Shown here: positions 1 through 10,057 of the stretch, piece by piece
Numbering within the stretch: the stretch's first letter is position 1
How the letters are laid out: each line of letters begins with the position of its first letter
Made by a program: the position numbers and the translations under genes
Assembly: GCA_032718475.1 (NCBI GenBank)
Contig: JAUCBJ010007048.1
Coordinates: 1-61,619 of the forward strand
Reading direction: 5' to 3'
DNA length: 61,619 nucleotides
Source: Nemertoderma westbladi
Lineage: Eukaryota > Animalia > Xenacoelomorpha
The notes under the pieces: generated by a model
Databases searched by the model: none
What the model was told of the DNA's origin: nothing
What the model saw: only the letters and a program-made list of their open reading frames with translations

Positions 1-1000
1 AGTCTGCATGTCTTATTCTTATATTATATATATCAGTCAAATTGAGTTTACAATATACATAGCGAATGTATGGCGCTGTCCTAATTATCTTTTTATCCTT
101 CATTCTTCTTGGATTTCATATCAGAATACATACCCTTATAGTGCTCCTTTGTCCACCCAGGAGGACACCATGGTTCGAGAAGGTTATCGAGGTTATCCGA
201 ACTATAATCCAGATTGTTGTCCATAGAAACACCCAGTCTTTCGGGTTCTTTACGGGTACGACCTGATCTCCGTAATACCTCTTTTGGAATAGTTGCTTTC
301 TCATCAACATCATATGGTAAATGTTCATTTATTTTAGGAACAGTAGGCCTCATGTCATCACAGCTAGACTCATTATCGGAAGAAGATGAAACCAGATGGA
401 GATCCCAATCAAATGCATGATTGGTGGGAAATATGGACGTTAATGGCACTTCATACTGAAGAGAGCCAAATCGATTACCATGGAACTTCTGAAGTGTAGC
501 CATGTTCTTTTCGATTTTTATAACAATATACATATCACGACCATGGAGTTTTGACCCTTCAGATTTAATGTAAACTAAATGACCCTCACCAACATTAGCT
601 TTTTCAGCGGGAAGGCAACCTCGAGCCTTGCATTTGGCACTGTAACCATGATTACGAGATTTTTCTTCATCAAGAGAAGCAGTTAAAGTCAATTAAAATT
701 CAAACGTTCACCTGAAACCTGATCTCTGCCATATAATATCTCTTTAGCAGATAAGCTGCGGCTTCGAATTCTGGAATTCAACATTTCTACAAATACTGTT
801 AATGAAAGTGGGGTGACTGGTCCACCAGCGGGGTCCTGTCGAAGTAACTCAGATTCAAGTTCCTGTATTGCCTTTTCACCAACTGGATTCTTATTTATGT
901 TTTTAACTCTCCCAAACTCTAGATGAATTCCATGTTGGACAAGAAGGGGATCATTTTCAAGACATTTTAAGGAAGAGAAACAATCAACACTAAACTTTGA

Positions 1001-1656
1001 TGTAAGCGGATTCAATTCCCTACGTTGCCCACCCAAAAATGGGACCAGTGGAATTTTACCAATATAGTTGGTGATGCGAGATTACCAATAATAATCTCGC
1101 CTCATAACCAATTCGGGGGGGGGGGGGGGGGGGGGGGCGACACACACCATAAGCCACAGAGAGAGGTGAGACGTCAAACCACCTCAGAGGGACAACCCAG
1201 CTAGCGAGGCTAGCACCAGGGAGTAACACCTACAGGGAGTGGCGAAGTGACAATTAGTATATAAGCCAATAGCGGGCAGGGAAGCACGTGGGGAAGGATA
1301 TAAGGGCATCCATTGGGTATCAAGGCCACAGTAGTGTAGAGGTGAAACCAATATCAATCATATAGTTACTTTGATTACTGATTTACCGGTCAGTCCATTA
1401 TTACGCAGTTGCAGACTGGCATAGTTTTGACCGTCATTTCATATGTGCTGCTGTTGTCATTTATGCTATACTGATTATTGTTACTATACCTGTATACATC
1501 TGACTGTGCTACTATTTCTGAGATCATTAATACTGAGAAACAAACTCTATTATTTTCCCCAACGGTCTTCGGCCAAAGATACTAGCCCAGCAGCCCAGCA
1601 GCCAAGTGACGCGTACAACCTTACCCGGTCGGGATCTGAGAGTCGATCCCGTCACA
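1001..1656 (+). mobile_element. Solo LTR (656 bp)
   Basis: Ends TGTAAGCGG...CCCGTCACA with TSD TTTGA at 996-1000 and 1657-1661. CCAAT, CACGTG and TATA-like motifs at ~1265-1305. Both ends resemble the LTR at 3762-4341. Confidence 0.85.
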
Positions 1657-2155
1657 TTTGACATCTTGAATTTCAAGGGGAGTATAGATGTATAGATGAA
1701 TAGAAGCTTGAAGGTCTGTTGCATGTTCACTTGGAATAATTGATGCTACAGTATAGCTGGATAAGATATCTCTGACTACAAGTATCTTCTGACGATTTCT
1801 GTGTATGACATCGGCAGCAAGCTTTTGGAAAACTTGATCCGGAGATGAAGAGCTAGTTTCTTCAATTAATTCATGGGGAACTTTCTTGAGTGCATTACAA
1901 ACTTCGCAATTGTCTATGATGTCTTGGATTGTCTTAGTGGAACCAATGGCAAAATAGTAACGATTAAACAATAAAACCATCTGATGTTTTGAAGGGTGGC
2001 TGAAGAGTGTATGTAAAGCAGTGAGCAGTCCCACAGAGATATCCTTAGGTACAACAGTAAGATCTCTGGAATTTACAAATGGGTCATGTTTCCGAATGAC
2101 AAACAAATCAGAAGAGCTGCTAATCGATGCGATGCGAAGATATTCCTTAAGATCA

Positions 2156-4341
2156 TGTGAGCGGATTCAATTCCGCCTCACTATCCCCATAAAGTTGGTA
2201 AGTGGCGTATTTTTCAGCAATATTGGGGATATGAGGTTAATCACAATTAATCTCGTATCACAACCAATAACGGGGACAACATACAGCCCCAAAGAGCCAC
2301 ACAAAGGGAGGTTAGAGGTCAAACCTCCTTGTGAGGGAAAGTAACAGCAGCGGAGGACGAAAGAACAAGAAGACGAGGACGGAAGAGTCTGATTGGTGGA
2401 AGTACGGATAGGGGGCAAGATAGGAGCGAAAGATAGGAAGACCTACAGGAGGGCTGTAGGGAAATGTTGCCAACTAGAAGGGGCACCATAGAGTTTAGTC
2501 GTCCAAGAGTTGGACTGAGGGGGGTGGGATTGAGGGCAAGACGCCCTTCCCACAAAATAAAAAATAATAAAAATAATAAAATAAATAAAACAATAGAAAG
2601 AAAGTTAGAGAGGAGAAAGTCAGAAAGTGATAGTAGTAGATAGTATGTAGCACTAAGTAGTAGATAGAAAGTTAGCAGAAGTTAGTTGTAGTTAGAAAGT
2701 TAGTAGTAGTTGGAAAGCTAGCAGAAGTTAGTTGTAGTTAGAAAGTTAGTAATAGTTAGAAAGTTGATAGAAGTTAGTACCATGAGAGCTAGAACTTAGA
2801 GATTAGGGAGTGTAGTATAGAGACATACCACGGGAGTAAGAGGGTACATAGTACCGAGAGAGTAGTAGGAGGGTACATAGTACCGTTAGAAAGTTAGTAG
2901 AATTGGAGACTTAGTAGAGTTAGAGAGTTAGTAGAATTAGAGAGTTAATAGAGTTAGTAGTAAGAGAGTTACATGGTAAGTAGTAAATAAGAAGTAAGTA
3001 GAGAGGTAGGTACAAAATGATAGCACAGAATAGGGGCAAATGCGGACAAAACAAAAAAAATCAAAATTAAAAATTAAGAATATCAGGACCACCTCCGAAC
3101 TACAGAAGAGCCTTCAAAGTGGCCTTCGGAGGTCTGGTAGACCACCCGGGGCTGAAGGACGAGTCGGTGTACTACAACAACCGGCATCTAGTAGACAGGG
3201 AGGTGGATACACCATATCAGAGGTGGGAGAAGTTGGAAGTTGGAAGTTGTACCATAGTCAAGCACAACCCTTTTCCAATTAGCTACTGGGACTGGGGATT
3301 AATTGACTAGGGCGACAGGACAGGACGAAAGTCCCGATAAGGGATGAAAGTGAGAATGAGAATCGGGGGGGGGGGGGGGGGGGGGGGGAGAATGGAGAGG
3401 AGGTTTGACAGGATAAGGGAAAGTGAGAGGAGTGCGATTCGGGTGTGGGGAGTGAGTAAGATAGAGTAGAGTGGAGTTGGAGTGGAGCTGAAGTGAACTT
3501 AGAGTGAGAGGAGTTTTTAAAATTGTGTGAGGATTCCATAATTGTCTCAAACAGAGACGTCAGATGTCTTGGTGCAACATAGGTTGCGGTTGCACCAAGA
3601 GAGGGTAGTAACATCATACCCAGAGGGAGCGGCCTGGAAAGCCGACTCCAAGTAAGATAACTCCACCCCACACCCGATAATAGATCGGGTTCCAGCGGAA
3701 TTGAAGCGCACTCAAAGGTGATGCTATCTTCTCACCGGGAAGATAGCATGGGGGGGGGGGGTGTGAGCGGATTCAATTCCGCCTCACTATCCCCATAAAG
3801 TTGGGAAGTGGCACCTTTTTCAGCAATATTGGGGATACGAGGTTAATTACAATTAATATCGTATCACAACCAATAACGGGGACAACATACAGCCCCAAAG
3901 AGCCACACAAAGGGAGGTTAGAGGTCAAACCTCCTCGAGAGGGAAAGTAACAGCAGCGGGGGGGAAGCACTCCCACAGAGGTAGGAGCCGAGAATTAGGT
4001 TGTTAGCCAATGAGGGGCGAGGGAGAGCATCCGCTAGCTAGTAAGGCCACAGTAGCGTAGGGGTGAATATATATTACCAGTTAATTACATTACCGGTCAG
4101 TTATCTCAGTCACACAGTGGGGACCAGTGACATTTCGTACCGTCACCATTACTACCGGTATAATATATCATCAGTTATCTGTACATTCCTTGTTCAACTG
4201 TGCTGTCACATTTATATCAGTTATTTCATATTTGCGTTAACATACAACAATATCACAACGATAATGACAAACTATCTTCTTCTCAATTACACGGTGACGC
4301 GTAACGGAATAAACCGGTCGGGATCCCCTGATCCCGTCACA
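2156..4341 (+). mobile_element. Internally deleted non-autonomous LTR element with a truncated 5' LTR and a complete 3' LTR
   Basis: TG...CA ends with TSD GATCA at 2151-2155 and 4342-4346. 2156-~2352 is a direct repeat of 3762-~3958. A poly-G tract (3750-3761) precedes the 3' LTR as a PPT. Confidence 0.85.
3762..4341 (+). repeat. 3' LTR (580 bp) of the 2156-4341 element
   Basis: Starts TGTGAGCGGATTCAATTCC right after the G tract and ends CCCGTCACA at the TSD. Confidence 0.85.
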
Positions 4342-4569
4342 GATCACGTCCTCCTTTGTCCTTTCTTAGCGGTTTAAATCCATCCTTCAAGTGGATGTAT
4401 GCCTTGCGAAGAACAGGACATGCATGTTTGGGCAGCACGCCATGAGGTATTATTTAAATATGGCATATGTATTCTTCCAGCTAGAACATCAGCTAGAGAT
4501 ATCATAAACAACTGAATCTGAGACAATAGATATTAATAGATATATATAGATATATATTAATAGATATTA

Positions 4570-5133
4570 ACAGACGCTCTAGGGTAGGAGACATTCGTTC
4601 ATCAGAAGTTACTATTCCACCATTAAATAAAACACCAGATTCCACAGTCATCAAGTTATCGTGTACATGAGCACGGAGTCGTTGGTAAAATGTTTCGTAA
4701 CACTCATCACCCTCGCGGCGAATAGAAGATAACTTTAAGAAGTTGGCTTCAGATCGCTAAAACCCTTATGTCCACTTTAAAGATAGACTTTCTTCAGTTA
4801 AAGCTGGGCGGATAGAGCTGGGTGCATGGGTTGCAATATATCCAAGAATTCGTTCTAGTTGGATAATTTTCTGGGCAGCAGTTCTTCTTGGTGTGGCAGA
4901 AGTTGGGTCATCTGTCAGACCACGGTTTGTAGTTGTAAATTGAGCACCCCATGATGTATCAAGGAACTGAGAGAACTCATCCGAGGTAGAAAGTTGAAAT
5001 AATATGTTCTGGCGCCAGTTGTTAAATGATGAAATAGTCTCATTTTCTGTCAGACTCCATTGTTTGGGTGTTTTTAAAGACACGATTGAAGAAAATCAGA
5101 TCTGGGAAATTGTTTGGGTGTTTTTAAAGACAT
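4570..5133 (-). pseudogene. Gypsy-like gag remnant
   Basis: PKQWSLTENETISSFNNWRQNIL and, past a stop, YETFYQRLRAHVHDNL resemble Gypsy gag N-termini. Disrupted by a stop and a deletion. Confidence 0.7.
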
Positions 5134-5160
5134 GATTGAAGAAAATCAGATCTGGGAAAT
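5061..5160. repeat. 50-bp tandem duplication over the gag start
   Basis: 5061-5110 and 5111-5160 are identical except for one base. Confidence 0.95.
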
Positions 5161-5256
5161 GATATCGTGTAAAATTGGGGTAATTTCACTGATATACCGA
5201 ACCTTTTGTGCTAAGAAATAAATCTTGTCTAAAGCGAAGGATGAGCGGGGTGAAAC

Positions 5257-6432
5257 TGTAAAAGCTTTTGCGGATATAATCAGTCCCCTTGCCCGCAAAG
5301 TACCGTTGTAGGTGTTTTGGCGGACGTGGGGGTCATTCTTCTATATGTGTGCTTTGGCGGACATGGCAAGGCACAAAACCCGCAATGCGTCAAATACTCT
5401 AGCACAGTGTAGCCTTGATGATTCAGATTACGACATCTAACAGCTGGTTGCTGGCATGGAAACGGCCATTGGACACATGGTTCTTTGTTTAGCTTAACAG
5501 CCAATCAGAGCGATTTTTACTGTCGATGTGGAGATATTCTACAGATCGTGCTAGGAGTGTTCAGTCTTATAGTTTTCTGTGATATAGTTTTGTTGTTTCT
5601 ATCTAGGCCAAGAACACCGGCTCTAGAGTCAATTCGTTTCAGACTTTAGAAGAAACATTAGTAGGCTTAGATTATAGAGCGTATAACTGTTATCAGTCAA
5701 CACAGTCTTATATCACTGCAACATACATTATTATACTGCTATTTACTGTTGTCATTATTTGTATCAGTTGGTTGAATATTATTATTTGGAGAACATCGAT
5801 AAATAACCCAACTTTCCCAATTTTCTTGATACACTACAGGTTAGAGAGACAGGTTACATATAGCGATTGCGACTTATATTATCGTGGTTTGTAGTGAATT
5901 TCATGCTATTTGATAGGCACTACATGAGTCAATTGCTGTTCTCTTTATGTATGATAAAATTCATTGACGGTCGGCAGATTAGCGTGCAGTATCGCATGGT
6001 ACCGGTAGTGTGCATGATTGCGGCTGATAACTAAGCATTTCCTAAAGAATGCGCCTCATACGTGAATCATAAGCCTTACAGTCTTACAGTTGTGTTTAGT
6101 ATAAGTCATATCTCTGTTTACCTAGATAGAGCGCCACGTCCTAAAGGAACTGTTAATATTTCCCGAAAGTGAATAATACTCGTCAGAAATTATTTATTAA
6201 CGATCAATCGAATAATACAGTAAGCTTACACTGCAATAATAAATCTAAGCCCCATCCGAATCCAGTCTCCCGGGTATATCCAGCGGGCGAATGGACGCGC
6301 ACTAGGCTGGCTTCGGCTAATGTTGTGTTTATTGGTATTAAATATTTGTCATTTACTAAAGTCTATTTATAAACCAAAAGACATATAAATTTTGGCAGGT
6401 TAAACTGCTAAAGGTCTTCAAAAGCGCATACA
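5257..6432 (+). repeat. BEL element 5' LTR
   Basis: Direct repeat of 22753-23928; imperfect terminal inverted repeat TGTAAAAGCTTTTG / CAAAAGCGCRTACA. Confidence 0.97.
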
Positions 6433-6497
6433 ATAACAGTTATATTCTTTATTGCAGTAAGCAATAAAGTTGAAAGTACCGGTCGACCGGTAAACCT

Positions 6498-6698
6498 GAA
6501 CCGGTACTGCTGTAGGTCCGTAGGCCCAACTGCCAGAATCGGTACTGCTGTAGGTCCGTAGGCCTAACTGTCTGAACCGGTACTGCTGTAGGTCTGTAGG
6601 CCCAACTGCCAGAATCGGTACTGCTGTAGGTCCGTAGGCCTAACTGTCTAAATCGGTACTGCTGTAGGTCTGTAGGCCCAACTGTCCTAACTGGTACT
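6498..6698. repeat. 38-bp tandem repeat (~5 copies) in the BEL leader
   Basis: Unit ~CGGTACTGCTGTAGGTCCGTAGGCCCAACTGCCAGAAT. Confidence 0.9.
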
Positions 6699-6869
6699 TC
6701 CAGTATAAGTACATTAGTATTATTCGATTTTGATTATTGTATACCGGTAGGTCTCGATATTAAATCGGGGACGCCTGGTTTTTATTGGGATTTTACTTAG
6801 GTCTATTTCTGTCAGTTTTATTTCCTAGTAAGTTAATATTGAGCTGAAGACGTGTAAGTCTGCTCAGAT

Positions 6870-7425
6870 TGTTCAGATAATTGTAGGCCGGACTGTTGTC
6901 GGACTGTTGTTGGGTCTGGAGAGATTGCGGCGTGTGTAGAGTCTGTCCAATAAAGTGCCAGTTAGTAAGTTGGGGCAGCCAGAGCTGTAAGGTCAATCCC
7001 CTCCTAAAGAATAAGTCGTACTACCGTGTTAGAACGCATACTAACTAACCATTTTGGAATCTGCATATACTGTAGTTTATTTAGGCTTGATAGTAGTCTA
7101 CCAGCGTTTTAGCCTGTGTTTGTTTGTGTGGTCTGTTCAGGTACCGTAATAGTTATTACTCAGATATTTTGTAGGCTGGATTGTTGTCTGGCTGTTATTA
7201 GGTCTGAAGAGATTGCTGCGTGTGTAGAGTTTGTCTGATAAAGTGCCAGTTAGTAAGTTGGGGCAGCCAGAGCTGTAAGGTCAATCCCCTCTTAAAGAAT
7301 AAGTCGTACTACCGTGTTAGAACGCATACTAACTAACCATTTTGGAATCTGCACATACTGTAGTTTATTTAGGCTTGGTAGTAGTCTGCCAGCGTTTGGT
7401 TTGTATTTTGTTTGAGTATTCTGTA
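6870..7425. repeat. ~288-bp tandem duplication in the BEL leader
   Basis: GGTCAATCCCCT..TAAAGAATAAG recurs at 6991 and 7279 with colinear flanks. Confidence 0.9.
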
Positions 7426-8389
7426 CGGGTAGCGTAATATTTATTATTCAGAGTTTATGCGATTATTCGCAACATTCATGTCCCCAAGTTTATTCCTACA
7501 GTAATTGTGCTTGTTACACATACCGTTATAGTTAAATTAACCCCGGTACTACACGGGCTGCTTGGCGTAGGTAAAGACTGGTGACTTCGTGCTCCGGTCA
7601 CTCCAGCAGATGCCGTGGTTCTTTTAACTGTTCAAGTATATTTAACTGCTAGTTATCTGTTTTTAATAAGTACTCGTACCTAATTTAGGGTTTGGTGTAC
7701 AGTGCTTTCCGAAAGTAATTAGTGTGTAGGCAGTGTATTGTGTTGTAAAGTGGTTAATAGGCACGTTGGATCTGGCAGTCCGCGGTAATTGACTTCCAGG
7801 TAGGAACACTCCGTGATACATAACGTAGTACCTATAGCGATACGGCTATAGGTCGTCAGACGGTGGTATTTTCCTATCTGGACAGCGCAGTATATTTACT
7901 ACTACTTATTATTTTCAAATACCGTAGTACCCTGTCCGTTGTAATAACCAGAAGTTCTAACCCTTTGTTAGACTGGTTTGTAGACTTCTTGTAAAATTAC
8001 CCTAAAATTTCATACGTAATATTTTGTTGTGTTTTAATTAGAGAATTAATCTCACCCGTATCGTACGTAATTTGTAGTATTAAGTAACTTAGGTAAATTA
8101 GAATTATCTGTTTTAGTGTCCAATAGGTAGCACTTCACTGAGAGCGCACAGCTTCTGTGTAGTGACTCCCCCCAGAAATAATAACATTTATTTCAAATAT
8201 TGACAAAACCCATTTTAAACAGGTATATATATATTATAAATCAACTCAAACGATTTATAAATAGTAGGCCTGCCATACAACAACTAGGTCTCAATATCAG
8301 TTGGACTACTGCTTAAATAACAGTAATAAAGTAAGTTAAAGTAACTAAGTAACCTTTAAAATTCAGAAATTCAATTATTTAAATAATTG

Positions 8390-8665
8390 ATATACCGGTA
8401 TTCACGATAGGCCTATTATCTTTATTTCTATAAATTTAGGCTGAAATTATACCGGTATTCTGTAATTAATTCTAGTCCAGAATTATACTTATATACTATG
8501 AGTGTAGGCTGTATACCGGTATTCACGATAGGCCTATTATATATTTATATATATTTGTGTTAAAATTATATACCGGTATTCTGAGACAAACCTAGTTTAC
8601 AATACTTATATATATTATAAGTGTATACCGGTATTCTAATATACTGTAATAAATTACCGGTACTA
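8390..8665. repeat. Cluster of palindromic TACCGGTA motifs, including a ~121-bp duplication, before the first ORF
   Basis: TATACCGGTATTCACGATAGGCCTATTAT near 8391 and 8513; six TACCGGTA occurrences. Confidence 0.8.
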
Positions 8666-8742
8666 GGCCAACGGTCATACTGAATTACTAGACTCGCTTT
8701 AACTGTAACTATAGCAGTAAGCATTCAACTGTATAGATAAAC

Positions 8743-9480
8743 ATGTCTGACACCCAGCAAAACCTGTCAGACAGTCTAATCGATACAACTATCTGTGACA
8801 CAGATAGGAGTGTGGAGCGATTAAGAAAGGGGTTCAGCTCACCTCCTACTGAAAGAAAGGTCATCCCTCCAGTAGTAGTATCAGACCCTAGGCTAATCCA
8901 ACACCGTAGGTCTATCATCGGCACTCGGGCCCAAGTCAAACGGAACCAGGAAGCAGCTGTCCAACAGCAGCAACATCCTAGTCAAGAAACTTGTTCCCAG
9001 CGACCCGATAGCTCCAGTAGTTCGGATACTGTAGAGCTGACCCCCGAACGCGGAGTGCAGATGGTGGCTACAGCCTACTCGGATCCCCTTCTCACCCTTC
9101 CTGCCGCAGTGCTAACTACTATATTGATTGCGGTGGAGGAACACCAAGTCGATTGGGCGAGAAGTAAGCGAGCGACCCAAGATAGTTATGCGGGATACGC
9201 CAGGGAAGAATTGATGTCTATTGTCGAGTCACAATGGAACTTTCCCGGACCCGGACTCCCGTTAGATTTGTCCGAAGCTACTTGGGAAGACATCCACAGG
9301 ATGGGAGTGACTAAAAGACACGATGGATCCAGCTGTTTGGAAGAGGTCAGCAGCAGGATATGTACAGGGATTCTTCGGCTCCTTAGAGCGATTAGAAGAA
9401 CAACTGTTTCAACAACCCCAAGGACCTCAAGAGCAGGAAGAGCTGCTATATCAAGTACGCGAAAGAACCCTACGCATTAG
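8743..9480 (+). CDS. BEL gag N-terminal extension, segment 1 (probably joins the next ORF near 9311-9316)
   Basis: First ATG-initiated ORF after the leader; overlaps the next ORF in the +1 frame; no recognisable domain. Confidence 0.65.
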   Translation: MSDTQQNLSDSLIDTTICDTDRSVERLRKGFSSPPTERKVIPPVVVSDPRLIQHRRSIIGTRAQVKRNQEAAVQQQQHPSQETCSQRPDSSSSSDTVELTPERGVQMVATAYSDPLLTLPAAVLTTILIAVEEHQVDWARSKRATQDSYAGYAREELMSIVESQWNFPGPGLPLDLSEATWEDIHRMGVTKRHDGSSCLEEVSSRICTGILRLLRAIRRTTVSTTPRTSRAGRAAISSTRKNPTH

Positions 9481-10057
9481 ACTAATCCTATCAGCCTTTG
9501 AGGAAACTTCCAAAAGAAGACAGGACACGTCGCTGCAGGTTGCTGTCAAGACTTGGTTCCAGCGGGTAGGTCTCAAAGTACAAGAAACGGCCCAGTGGAA
9601 ATCCCAGCTGGCTGAGAGACCAACCTATGAAGAACCAACCGATGCCACCCTTTCTCAAGTGGAAAGCGAAGGGACAGCAGAGAGACCGCGAACGAGAGAC
9701 GCCATCGACATCTATCTGTCAGACTATCAACGCTTCTTGGGTGATGAAGATGAGTTGAGGAGACGACTGGCTGGACTTCGCCCCAATAGTGAAGGAGCCA
9801 AGCTTGTGTTGGACTCAATCGATGCGGAAATGTTAGCTGCAAACCAAGCTAAATTTGATAAAAAAACTCCGCCTCACCAGAGTCCAAGAAGAACAAGTAA
9901 AGAAAAAACGGATAGAGGACCGAAAGGTAGCAGCAGTAACGGCGGCAATGGCAGAAGTAGAAGCAGAAAGAAAGGCAGCAAAAGCAGCGGCGGCAGAAGC
10001 AGAAGCAGAAAGAAAGGCAGCAAAGGCAGTGGCAGAAGCAGAACGGAAAGCGTCTGA
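9311..10057 (+). CDS. BEL gag N-terminal extension, segment 2 (helical, coiled-coil-like)
   Basis: Frame is open from 9311 (ATG at 9323). It reads as protein-like until the A7 run at ~9860-9866, where the next frame takes over (AKFDKK|LRLTRVQEE). Confidence 0.65.
   Translation, partial: LKDTMDPAVWKRSAAGYVQGFFGSLERLEEQLFQQPQGPQEQEELLYQVRERTLRIRLILSAFEETSKRRQDTSLQVAVKTWFQRVGLKVQETAQWKSQLAERPTYEEPTDATLSQVESEGTAERPRTRDAIDIYLSDYQRFLGDEDELRRRLAGLRPNSEGAKLVLDSIDAEMLAANQAKFDKKTPPHQSPRRTSKEKTDRGPKGSSSNGGNGRSRSRKKGSKSSGGRSRSRKKGSKGSGRSRTESV

Larger units (their letters stand above)
93..4450 (-). pseudogene. Fragmented Gypsy-type integrase region (HHCC zinc finger, rve core, C-terminal tail), interrupted by two insertions
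   Basis: ORF 1621-2106 has H..FSHP...CEVC and LAADVI. ORF 689-1036 has NKNPVGEKAIQELE...LNSRIRSR.LSAKEILYGRDQ. ORF 93-692 continues it after a frameshift. The reading rejoins across both insertions once the TSDs are removed (KMSK|FSVD; GRDL|KEYLR). Confidence 0.8.

Noticed and set aside
5280-6372. 74-aa and 67-aa ORFs, duplicated at 22776-23868
   Set aside because: They lie inside the LTRs; the duplication reflects LTR identity, and they use non-ATG starts.
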